From Mobula hypostoma (lineage: Eukaryota), in the NCBI RefSeq assembly GCF_963921235.1, contig NC_086097.1, positions 190,838,001-190,902,000 of the forward strand: a DNA stretch of 64,000 nt. The letters run 5' to 3'. This document shows, piece after piece, positions 28,315 to 38,989 of the stretch; the first letter of the stretch is position 1, and every line of letters begins with the position of its first letter. The translations under genes and the position numbers were made by a program. Under the pieces are notes generated by a model, which worked only from the letters and a program-made list of their open reading frames with translations, was not told the DNA's origin and made no database searches.

Positions 28315-29239
28315 TACAGACAGGAGTTGGTACTGACTCTCCTCCTTCTTTCTGAAGGAGACAGACGGGTACGATCAATCTGCATGAGCTCCGTTGGGCT
28401 GGATGGGGGTGACTGAGGACTCGGGTCAGGGGATCTGGGTGCTGGGTGGGAAGGGGTCAGACGCCCCCTGGTGGTTCTTCGTGACCCCCGGACGTCACGC
28501 TCCTGCTGATGCTGTTTTATGCAGCTGTCAATCTTAATGGCCAAATCGACCAGCTCTTGGAAGCCAGCAGGCAGGTCGCGGGTGGCTAGTTCATCCTTAA
28601 CCTCTTCGCTTAGCCCATAGAGGAACACGTCAGACTGGGCCGCTGAATTCCAGTTGGTAGTGGCGGCTAGTGTGCGGAACTGAATGGCGTAGTCCGAAAC
28701 AGAACGGTTACCCTGATGAACTAGCAATATTTCCCTTGCTGCCTCTTGCCCCTGCTGAGAACAGTCAAAGTCTCTTCTCACCTCCTCACAAAAGTCCTTA
28801 AACATGTGGTAAAAAGGGGCTCTGCTGTCCCACACAGCTATACCCCACTCTCTTGCTCTTCCTGACAGCAGCGTGATAACATAAGCGATACGGGATCGAT
28901 CAGTGGGAAAGGTAGTGGGCTGCAGCTCAAAAATCAGCAAGCATTAAGACAGGAGGATCCGCAGGTGCCTGGTTTACCATTGTAAAGTTCAGGTGGAGGT
29001 AAACGGGGCTCTCGGGCTGCTTGGGTTGGAGTCTGTGGGGCTGATGGCGCAATGAGAGAAGGCGGGTTAGAGCTCAGAGCCAGCTGAATCTGCTGTAGCT
29101 GGGAGGCCATGCTGGTCAGAGCAGCAGAGAAAGCTTCTATCGACTGGTTGATAGAGGCGAACTGCATTTCATGTCTCCCTAACAACATGCCCTGTTGGGA
29201 GAGGGCCTCACGTACCTGGTTGGGGTCCGCTGAGTTCAT
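28260..29239 (-). pseudogene. gag: gag (capsid + CCHC zinc knuckle), one frameshift near 28950
   Basis: MNSADP start, LLSGRAREW, QGNRSVSDYAIQFRTLAA, FLYGLSEEVKDEL, CLYCGQAGHYLSTC; sushi/PEG10-like. Confidence 0.93.
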
Positions 29240-29255
29240 CTTGGCCAGTTCATTC

Positions 29256-29767
29256 TGTCAGGTTCTGTCGGGTTTCAGTAGGACTCAAGTGCAGACCAAC
29301 GAATACTTTTTCACCAGGGTTTATGAGGGAGCACAAAGGCAACAGTCTTTCAAAAGCAGAAGGCGGGCACAAATCCAAAATGGCAGACTGAAGTCTTACT
29401 AGGAAAGGCAGTCAGGCGAGGGCAGACAATCCAGAGCCCACAGGCAACATCCAAAACACAGAATCAAGCAAAATCAGTTGGGAGACGTCACAATGACAGG
29501 CTAGAACAACACAGATCAGAATCTGGGACAAACTGGCAGAGAATGCTAGTCAAGGCAGGGTTTAAATTGACAGGGTAATGGGTGAAAATTAGGGACAGGT
29601 GGGTGCAAATGAGGAGACAAGCAGGAAATTGGAGAAGTCCAAAAACGGAAAGAGGTTGGGCTAGAACCTACATGGCCGGGTGAAAGAAAACAGAAATTGA
29701 AGACTGGCGTGATCCAGAGCTACCAGCAGAGGCCCTTCGACCCAGTGTTCAGGCCGGATCTTTAACT
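29256..29767 (-). repeat. 5' LTR of the Gypsy element
   Basis: Direct repeat of 24407-24928; TATA-like AATTTAAA on the - strand at 29561-29568; outer terminal base mutated (ttaact versus ttaaca). Confidence 0.95.
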
Positions 29768-30732
29768 GACAGTCAGGAACTTGAAGCTGCTCACTCTCTC
29801 CATTTCTGATCCCTCTATGACGATTGATATGTGTTCCTTTGTCTTAACCTTCCTGAAGTCCACAATCAGCTCTTTCGTCTTACTGACGTTGAGTGCCAAG
29901 TTGTTGCTGTGGCACCATTCCACAAGTTGGCATACCTTACTCCTGTACGCCTTCTCATCACCATCTGAAATTCTACCAACAATGGTTGTATCATCAGCAA
30001 ATTTATAGATGGTATTTGAGCTATGCCTAGCCACACAGTCACGTGTATATAGAGAGCAGAGCAGTGGGCTAAGCACACACCCCTGAGGTGCGCCAGTGTT
30101 GATTGTCAGCAAGGAGGATATGTTACCACCAATCCATACAGACTTTGGTATTCTGATTAGGAAGTCGAGGATCCAATTGCAGAGGGAGGTACAGAGCCCC
30201 AGGTTCTGCAACTTCTCAATCAGGATTGTGGGAATGATGGTATTAACTGCTGAGCTATAGTCGATGAACAGCATCCTGACATAGGCACTTGAGTTGCCCA
30301 GGTGGTATAAAGCCGTGTGGAGAGCCATTAAGATTGCATCTGCCATTGACCTATTGTGGCGTTAGGCAAATTGCAATGGATCCAGGTCCTTACTGAGGCA
30401 GGAGTTCAGTCTACCAGGCGATAGTCATTAAGCAGTTCACATTATTCTTCTTAGGCACTGGTTTAATTTTTGCCTTTTTGAAGCAAGTGGGAACTTCCAC
30501 CCGTAGCACTGAGAGGTTGAAAATATCCTTGAATACTCTCGATAGCTGGCTGGAATATGTTTTCAGAGCCTTACCAGGTACTCCATCTGGACATTCTGCC
30601 TTGCGAGGGTTCACTATCTTTAAAGACAGCCTAACATCGACCTCTGAGACAGAGGTCACAGGGTCATTAGGTGCAGCAACGATCTTCACAGCTGTAGCTG
30701 TGTTCTCCCTTTCAAAGTGGGCATAGAAGGCA

Positions 30733-32646
30733 CCTCTCAATCAAGATTGTATTCAATCCCCCTTGTTCAATCCCTTCCTACCTATGTTCGTGACACTTCT
30801 CACGCTCTGAAACTTTTTGATGATTTTAATTTCCCTGGCCGCCACCGCTTTATTTTCACCATGGATGTCCAGTCCCTATATACTTCCATCCCCCATCAGG
30901 AAGGTCTTAAAGCTCTCTGCTTCTTTTTGGATTCCAGACCGAACCAGTTCCCCTCTACCACCACTCTGCTCCACCTAGCCGAATTAGTCCTTACACTTAA
31001 TAATTTCTCCTTTGGCTCCTCCCACTTCCTCCAAACTAAAGGTGTAGCCGTGTGGGTCCTAGTTATGCCTGCCTTTTTGTTGGCTTTGTGGAACAATCTA
31101 TGTTCCAAACCTATTCTGGTATCTGTCCCCTACTTTTCCTTCGCTACATCGTCGACTGTATTGGCGCTGCTTCCTGCACACATGCTGAGCTCGTTGAATT
31201 CATTAACTTTGTCTCCAACTTTCACCCTGCCCTCAAGTTTACCTGGTCCATTTCCGACACCTCCCTCCCCTTTCTAGATCTTTCTGTCTCTATCTCTGGA
31301 GACAGCTTATCTACTGATGTCTACTATAAGCCGACTGACTCTCACAGATATCTGGACTATTCCTCTTCTCATCCTGTCTATTGCAAAAATGCCATTCCCT
31401 TCTCGCAATTCCTCCATCTCTGCCGCATCTGCACTCAGGATGAGGCTTTTCATTCCAGGATGAAGGAGATGTCCTTCTTTTTTAAAGAAAGGGGCTTCCC
31501 TTCCTCCACCATCAACTCTGCTCTCAAATGCATCTCCCCCATTTCACGCACATCTGCTCTCACTCCAACTTCCCACCACCCCATTAGGAATAGGGTTCCC
31601 CTTGTCCTCACCTACCACCCCACCAGCCTCCGGGTCTAACATATAATTCTCTGTAACTTCCGCCACCTCCAACGGGATCCCACCACTAAACACATCTCCC
31701 CCCCCCCCCACTTTCCGCAGGGATCGCTCCCTATGTGACTCCCTTGTCCATTTGTTCCCCCCCTCCCATCACTCCCCACTGATCTCCCTCCTGGCACTTA
31801 TCTTTGTAAGTGGAACAAGTGCTATACATGCCCTTACACTTCCTCCCTCACCACTATTCAGGGCCCCAGACAGTCCTTCCAGGTGAGGCAACACTCCACC
31901 TGTGAGTCGGCTGGGGTGATATACTGCGTCTGGTGCTCCCGAAGTGGCCTTCTATATATTGGTGAGACCCGACGCAGACTGGGAGATCGTTTCACTGAAC
32001 ACCTATGCTCTGTTCGCCAGAGAAAGCAGGATCTCCCAATGGCCACACATTTTAATTCCACGTCCCATTCCCATTCTGATATGTATATCCACGGCCTCCT
32101 CTACTGTAAAGATGAAGCCACACTCAGGTTGGAGGAACAACACCTTATATTCCGTCTGGGTAGCCTCCAAACTGATGGCATGAACATTGACTTCTCTAAC
32201 TTCCGCTAATGCCCCACCTCCCCCTTGTACTCCATCCATTATTTATTTATATACACACATTCTTTTTCTCTCTCTCCTTTTTCTCCCTCTGTCTCTCTCA
32301 CTATACCCCTTGCCCATCCTCTGGGTTTTCCCCCCCTCCCCCTTTTCTTTCTCCCTCGGACTCCTGTCCCATGATCCTCTCGTATCCCCTTTTGCCTATC
32401 ACCTGTCTAGCTCTTGGCTCCATCCCTCCCCCTCCTGTCTTCTCCTATCATTTTGGATCTCCCCCTCCCCCTCCCACTTTCAAATCTTCTCTTCCTAGCT
32501 CTTCTTTCAGTTAGTCCTGACGAAGGGTCTCGGCCCGAAACGTTGACTGTACCGCTTCCTATAGATACTGCCTGGCCTGCTGCGTTCACCAGCAACTTTT
32601 ATGTGTGTTGCTTGAAATTCCAGCATCTGCAGATTTCCTCGTGTTT
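30733..32646 (+). mobile_element. Penelope-like element (RT + GIY-YIG endonuclease), 5'-truncated pseudogene
   Basis: TMDVQSLYTSIP, QTKGVA/GPSYACLF and LRYIVD (YIDD mutated) RT motifs; VIYCVWC...LYIGETRRRLGDRFTEH GIY-YIG; flanked by GCATAGAAGGCA (30721-30732 and 32647-32658). Confidence 0.95.
32513..32548 (+). ncRNA. Minimal type I hammerhead ribozyme motif in the Penelope terminus
   Basis: agtc-CTGACGA-agggtctcggccc-GAAA-cg-TT-gact: stem I agtc/gact, core boxes intact, stem II ggg/ccc, palindromic ACGT for helix III. Confidence 0.75.
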
Positions 32647-33813
32647 GCATAGAAGGCATTGAGTTCATCTGGTAGTGAAGCATCACTGCCATTCATGCTA
32701 TAGGGTTTCCCTTTGTAGGAAGTAATGTCTTGCAAACCCTTCCAGAGTTGACGTGTATCTGATGTCGCCTCCAACCTTATTTGAAATTGTCTCTTTGCTC
32801 TTGAAGTAGCCCTCTGCAAATCATACCTGGTTTTCCGGTACAGGCCTGGGTCACAAGACTTGAATGCCACAGATCTAGCCAGCAGGTGACGTACCTCCTG
32901 GTTCATCTACAGTTTTCGGTTTGGGAATTTGCAGTAAGTTTTTGTAGGCACACACTCATCCACACAAGTTTTAATAAAGTCGGTAATACTCATCCAGGTT
33001 CGACGATGAATCCCTGAATACAAACTTGTTCATTGCTTCAAAGCAGTCCTGTAGGTGCTCCTGTGCTTCCCTTACCAATACCTTCTTGGTCCACACTACT
33101 GGTGCTGCAGTCTTCAGTCTCTGCCTATACTCAGGGAGTAGAAGTACAGCTAGGTGATCAGACTTCCCGAAGTGAGGGCGTGGAATAGCGCGGTAGGCAT
33201 TCTTGATGGAGGTGTAGCAATGGTCCAGTGTGTTGTTTCCTCTGGTATTGCAAGCGATCTGTTGATGGTGGTTGCTTAATTTTTTTTTCAGACTGGCCTA
33301 GTTAAAATCTCCCAAAACGATGGTGAAGGCATTAGGGTGCACTGTTTCATGCATGTTGATCCTATTATTCAGATCATCTAAAGCCTGCTTGACATTGGCC
33401 TGAGGTGGAATGTAAACTGCTACCAAATGACCCCAGAGAACTCCCATGGAAGATAAAAAGGACAGTACTTAACTGCTAGATATTCTGGGTCTGGTGGGCA
33501 GAATTGGGTCAGCACTGATATATTTGTGCACCAAGAAGAGTTGATCATGAGGCATACTCCACCATCGCTGCTTTTGAGAGACTCTATACATCTATCCTGA
33601 TGGCGTATAGTAAACCTGGTGATCTGAATGGCTGCATCTGGTACGGAAGGGGTTAACTAGGATTCCGTGAAACAAAGGACGCATGCGGTCTTAATGTCTC
33701 TCTGATTCAGAACCCTAGTTCTGAAATAATGATTTTATTCACCAGAAACTGTACATTTGCCACCCGCATTTCCTCCATGGTATCCTATTTGGGCGCTTCC
33801 GACCACAATTGGT

Positions 33814-34290
33814 CGGACCCCGTCTGCTGCTGTCGTTGCTGCGCGGTCGGGAATCTTTCCGTGGGTAGGCCTCAAAATCCCCAGCCTTGCCTGCTTTTGG
33901 CGACCGAGACGAGGTCGAATCGTTCGGCAGAGATGCCGCCCAGTACTCGGTGTTGGAGAGCTGATCAGAGCTCAAAGTTTTTGGATGACTCAGAGTCGGA
34001 TTGTGGTCGGCATGGCAGGGAGAGTTTTTCTTCCTTCTCCCGTCTGCGTGAGATGTGGGACATTTGAGAAACTTTGAACTTTACTGTGCTCAGGGACTTT
34101 CTTCATCAAGTTATAGTATTGTTACTCTGTTAGTAACTATATGTATAATTGTGGTTTTGTCAGTTTTTTTCAGTCTTGGTTTGTCCTGTGTTTTGTGATA
34201 TCACACCGGAGGAAATAATGTATCATTTCTTAATGCATGCATTACTAAATGACAATAAAAGGGGACTACGTGTCTTCATAATCTAAAAAA
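33814..34290 (+). mobile_element. 477-bp non-coding retroposon insertion
   Basis: 7-bp TSD AATTGGT (33807-33813 and 34291-34297), AATAAA and a short A tail; the empty site is visible in the paralogous Rex copy at 55157-55170. Confidence 0.85.
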
Positions 34291-34483
34291 AATTGGTGTT
34301 ATTTCTGTCAGTTTTAAACAGCGATAGTTCATTTAAATATATTAACACATCTTCGTTGACTGTACTGACCTTGGAAGCAGTTGTGCTTTTTAGTTGTTTA
34401 AGGATGGAAAGGGAATATTTAATTGTATCCATTGAGAGTACTTCTGCTACTCAAGTCGTGCCTAGGTATCCCAGAAGTAGATG

Positions 34484-35240
34484 AATAATGAGACAGCCTA
34501 CAGAGAGGAAGTCATCACCCTGACACAGTGGTGTCAAGAAAACCTCTCCCTCAATTTTGCAAAAACAAATGAACTGGTTGTGGACTACAGGAGGAATAGA
34601 CACAAGCTAGCCCCTATTGACATCAATGGATTTGGGGTTAAGAAGGTGAACAGCTTTAAGTTTCTTGGCATAAATATCACTGAGGATCTTGCGTGGTCTG
34701 TACATACCAGCTGTGTGAAGAAGTCCATTGAAGAAGTCCCCAAATCCTAAGAACTTCCTACAGGGGCACAACTGAGAACATCCTGACTGGCTGTATCACT
34801 GCCTGGTATGGGAACTGTACTTCCCTCAATCGCAGGACTCTGCAGTAAGTGGTGCGGACAGCCCAGCGCGTCTGTGGATGTGAACTTCCCACTATTCAGC
34901 ACATTTACAAAGACAGGTGTGTAAAAAGAGCCCGAAGGATCATTGGGGATCCAAGTCATCCCATCCACAAACTGTTCCAGCTGCTACCATCTGGGAAACG
35001 GTACCGCAGCATAAAAGCCAGGACCAACAAGTTCTAGAACAGCTTCTTCCACCAAGCCATCAGACTGCTTAATTCATGCTGACACAACTGTATTTCTGTG
35101 TTGTATTGACTATCCTGTTGTACATATTATTTATTATAAATTACCATTAATTGCACATTTCACATTTAGACAGAGACATAACATGAAGATTTTTACTCTT
35201 CATATATATGAAGGGTGTAAGTAATAAAGTCAATTCAATT
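34484..35240 (+). mobile_element. Rex1/Babar LINE 3' piece, continuing 23546-23760
   Basis: WCQENLSLN..KT.ELVVDYR, FKFLG, HP.H.LFQLLPSGKRYRSIKART; tail aataaagtcaattcaatt. Confidence 0.9.
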
Positions 35241-35668
35241 CAGAACAGTGCTTCAATATGGCTCTAAAACCTGGAGACAACAAAGAAGACACTACAAAAA
35301 CTGCAGGTTTTCATCAACCAGTGCCTGAGAAGGATCCTAAACATCAGATAGATGGACAAAGTAACCAATGAGACACGTGGGGAAACACCAACAGATCAAA
35401 ATACGGAAATGGAAATGGAAATGAAGGTGGATTGGCCACATCTTTGGGAAACCAATCAACAACATCACCAGGCAGGCATTAAAATGGAATCCACAAGGAA
35501 GGAGGAAAAAGGGAGGTCCAAAGAACACGGAAAAGAGAGACGTTGAGGCTGAAATTAGACAATGGGAACACTCTTGGTACACTCTCGAGAAATTGGCTCA
35601 GAACAGAGGACAATTGAGTTGGGATGTCATCGATGGCCTATGGGAGCTAAGAGCCCAAGAAGAAGATT
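35241..35668 (+). mobile_element. RTE LINE 3' piece, continuing 21200-23545
   Basis: Resumes as RTVLQYGSKTW...LQVFINQCLRRILNI...WIGH...KW.PQGR...GRP-like; (GAA)n tail. Confidence 0.88.
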
Positions 35669-35753
35669 ATTTATTGATGGGGTTCATATTCCTCTAATTT
35701 TGTCTCTTTGGTCTTTCCACTAAACATCAAACAGATTACTTCAATCATACTTT

Positions 35754-36000
35754 TCAAGTGCTCCGATAAAGATCTTGGTCCCTTGGGGAAAGTAACGAAT
35801 AAGTGTACCAAATTTATTTTGAATTCCATGGAGCATGTGGAAACCTTCCAATACCCAGGCGGTTCTTCTTTTTTTTCTTCTTTTCTTTTTTAGGTAGGAC
35901 TTTATATGGGGGGGGGGAAGGTTAAGGGGAGGGGGGAGGGTAGATATTATCTTTTCATGTATTCATTTTGAAAACTCAATAAAAATTATATTTTTAAAAA
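35754..36000 (+). mobile_element. Short poly(A)-tailed retro-insertion, probably an L1/Tx1-type 3' end
   Basis: 11-bp TSD AATCATACTTT (35743-35753 and 36001-36011), G-rich tract, AATAAA and an A-rich tail. Confidence 0.7.
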
Positions 36001-36753
36001 AATCATACTTTCTATTTTCCATTTTGGAAAATTTGTTCAGGAGAAATTGAATAAAAATCTTAACTATGATATGGTTTATAAACATTCAGTAATATCTTGA
36101 TATTTATAATGTAACTACAGATAGACTCTTGGAAAATATTTCTTTTATTTTTATTCAGCCAGATAAAAAGCTTGAAAACACTGAATGTGCATTTTGTATT
36201 TTCTATGTTAGAAATAGTATCTGCATGAAGCAGGGTCCTTTTAGTGTCCAATGAATATGCCCAAACAAATACAGTCAAATTTAAATTTATGTGCATGCTT
36301 CCAGTTTGAATTTAGGCTGGCAACAGTAAGGGTCATTCTATAAGGAAAGGTATTTCAGTCATTCAATAATTTCAGGCAAGTAAGAAAAAATACACAAGAA
36401 ATGGATATTTTAAAAAATGCAAATGCAGGTAATTTGAAATAATAGCAGTAAATGATGAAGATATTTTGGAAAGAGAAACTGAGTTAACATTTCAGTTTCC
36501 TGAAATATTGCAAATTATTCCCTGATGTTAATCACATAAAGGGTCTTAATTGCATGCTACCTTTCTCAATGTAAGACTGGCTTCCTTGAAGATAATTTGT
36601 TTTTTTTGATATAACAATAGAAAATACCACAAATGCGTAACAAATGCACAAAAGTCAGTCAGTATGTGTGGAGGGAGAAACTGTATTGGTGTTTCAGACA
36701 ATAGTTTTGTTAGAGTTCCTGACCAAACCTTTCTTTGCCTTTCTAGTCTATCT

Positions 36754-37149
36754 TTCTTCACTGAAGAATGTTGCCTTGTCGTGGTGGAGAGGCTTACCTG
36801 AGAATCCAAGAGCAATACCGCCTTGGACTTACTTCTGGTAGGGTCAGCCATGGCGCTAGGATCAACAAGGAGGTCCAGATGAAAAGAAGTTCAACCAAGA
36901 CCTCTACGGTGGAGCTGGAGAATGATGATGACACATCACAATGGTAGTGAAGACAGAGAAAGACCGTACCAGTGATGGATCCCCAGTTGCCTTTGCTGCT
37001 ATGCCATTGGATTCTGATTCCGAACTGTGTGGTGGCTGCCGTGCATCAGCCTTCGCACATTAAAGAAATTCATGCCGAGGTGTTCTCCATTACGGGAGTG
37101 GCCCCTCGGGAGAACGTCAGATTCAACTTGAGTTGAATACACTACTACT
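36754..37149 (+). mobile_element. Non-autonomous RTE-derived short element (5' UTR joined to a 3' tail)
   Basis: gccttgtcgtggtggagaggctt...ggtagggtcagccatggcg resembles RTE/BovB/Expander leaders; (ACT)n tail; 8-bp TSD GTCTATCT (36746-36753 and 37150-37157). Confidence 0.7.
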
Positions 37150-37544
37150 GTCTATCTGTATTGAGCACCAACTCAAACAATATGGGAAATACTGTTTGAA
37201 AATAGCATTAGGGTGGAAGATAAACCATAATCTAAATGAATGCCAGAACAGGCTCAAAGAGTATATGGCTTATTCTTTCTCTTTCTTTCTTTCTCTTGTT
37301 TCTTAAGTGCTCATTTCTTATCTGTAAGCAATGGATTGTACAAACAAGCCAGCCAGTTCAGCTCCCAACTTCCTTCAGCAGTGTGCTTGACTGTTTCATT
37401 CTCTGATCTTTTCTCCCATTAAATAGCAAAAATCGTAAATTCTACTCCAGACCACATTATAGCAAATGAATGAATCACCAGACAGAATAAGGTATGTTAG
37501 TCCATTCAGCCTGCCTCACCAGCCTACTGTGGTAGGTGCTCTGA

Positions 37545-37545
<1 letters not shown>

Positions 37546-37637
<92 letters not shown>

Positions 37638-37756
37638 GCACGCACACACACATGCACACACACACACGCGCACGCACACACACACACACACGCGCACGCA
37701 CGTGCACACGCACAGGCACACACACGCACACACATGCACATGCACACACGCACACG
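37546..37756. repeat. (CA)n microsatellite with CG/TG interruptions
   Basis: Directly visible, about 210 bp. Confidence 0.99.
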
Positions 37757-37961
37757 CCAGCCAAGCCCCCAGTCAATGATCAAGAAATCTCTTGAGAGAG
37801 ATGAAGTACCAGCTGCAAGGCTAGGTCACCTACAGGATTCTGGAAATTCTAACCAGCTCTGACATACCTGTCCATTGCCTTCTACACTGTTCTAGCAAAA
37901 CCAGGTTGACTGTAAAATTATCCATCTTAACTGTCAGGCATTTTCAGCATTCTCCTTCAAA

Positions 37962-38115
37962 CTAATACAGAAAATGCAGGAAAGTAGGTCAGGCAGCATC
38001 TGTTACAAAAGAAAAGGACTTAATGTTTTGGGTTGATGACTCTTCATCAGAACTAGGTTCTCTCTGCAGTCTGGTGAATTCTAGCATTCTCCTTCCCCTT
38101 TCAAGTTTCAACAAT
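37962..38115. mobile_element. Head-to-head pair of degenerate Penelope termini
   Basis: Reverse arm ends in tcttcatcag (CTGATGA on the - strand), followed by a weak forward arm. Confidence 0.5.
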
Positions 38116-38289
38116 ATTTCAACATGTATTTTCTAGCTTTATCAGTTTATTGCTTTTCATTCTCTGTCTCTCTTATACAACTATTAACCTATTAATCAAG
38201 TGGCTCTATAATTATTGAGATGACCTTATCAAAAATAATTTTAGAGATTTTCTCAGTTATTCCTTTATTAATGCACACCTCACCTACTT

Positions 38290-38616
38290 TGATGCTGTCC
38301 AAGTTGTATGCCATCTTGGACAATGTCTCCCATCCACTACATAATGTACTGGGTGGGCACAGGAGTACATTCAGCCAGAGACTCATTCCTCCGAGATGCA
38401 GCACAGAGCGTCATAGGAAGTCATTCCTGCCTGTGGCCATCAAACTTTACAACCCCTCCCTTGGAAGGTCAGACACCCTGAGCCAATAGGCTGGTCCTGG
38501 ACTTATTTCCTGGCATAATTTACATATTACTATTTAATTATTTATGGTGCAACTGTAACGGAAACCAATTTCCCCCGGGATCAATAAAGTATGACTATGA
38601 CTATGACTATGACTAC
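38290..38616 (+). mobile_element. Rex1/Babar LINE 3' fragment, young
   Basis: ILDNVSHPLH...RLIPPRCSTERHRKSFLPVAIKLYN; tail gggatcaataaagta(TGACTA)n. Confidence 0.9.
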
Positions 38617-38989
38617 TTCTCAGCAAAATAAAACTAACACATTTTCTCAAATTTTCAGTTGTGATTTTAACCTCAAAAATAACGTTGTTTATCTTTCTAC
38701 AGATGCTGCCTGATTTGCTGATTATTTTAGCATTCCCTGATCAGAAGAAATTAAAAAAATGTTGGGACCTAAAATGCAATATAACAACCTAACATTAGCA
38801 TCTCAATGATGCCCACACATGCTGGTTCAAGTGTCCAAAATCATTTACATCACATTGGTTGTAAAACAAAGACAGCGAAACTGGAACAATTGTAAACTCT
38901 CATTTTAAATACCCTTATGTCCCCTTCTTGTTAAATGTGGGGCATAGGATTGGATTCAAATCAAAATATATTATATTAAGGTCTAAACC

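Larger units (their letters stand above)
24407..29767 (-). mobile_element. Full-length Ty3/Gypsy LTR retrotransposon, Tf1/sushi chromovirus type, inactivated
   Basis: Two ~515-bp LTRs, 5-bp TSD GACAG (24402-24406 and 29768-29772), purine-rich tract next to the 3' LTR, domain order gag-PR-RT-RH-IN-chromodomain. Confidence 0.97.
23761..34483 (-). mobile_element. Near full-length Rex1/Babar LINE, about 2.95 kb after removing three nested insertions
   Basis: Segments 23761-24406, 29773-30732, 32659-33813 and 34298-34483 are colinear with the copy at 52298-55175. APE, RT ([29 protein letters not shown]), (ATTCTG)n tail, probable TSD AATAAT (23755-23760 and 34484-34489). Confidence 0.92.

Noticed and set aside
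24407..29767. Possible domesticated PEG10/RTL-like gene or active element
   Set aside because: Both LTRs and the TSD are retained, the LTRs are visibly diverged, and gag and pol carry several frameshifts and stops: a decayed insertion.
32187..32514. Pro/Ser/Leu-rich ORFs
   Set aside because: They come from the low-complexity pyrimidine-rich 3' region of the Penelope element.
33729..34077. ORFs of 78-112 aa in GC-rich sequence
   Set aside because: They span the junction of the Rex LINE and the 477-bp insert; stop-poor because of GC content.
37466..37795. His/Thr-rich and Cys/Val-rich ORFs
   Set aside because: They are translations of the (CA)n microsatellite.
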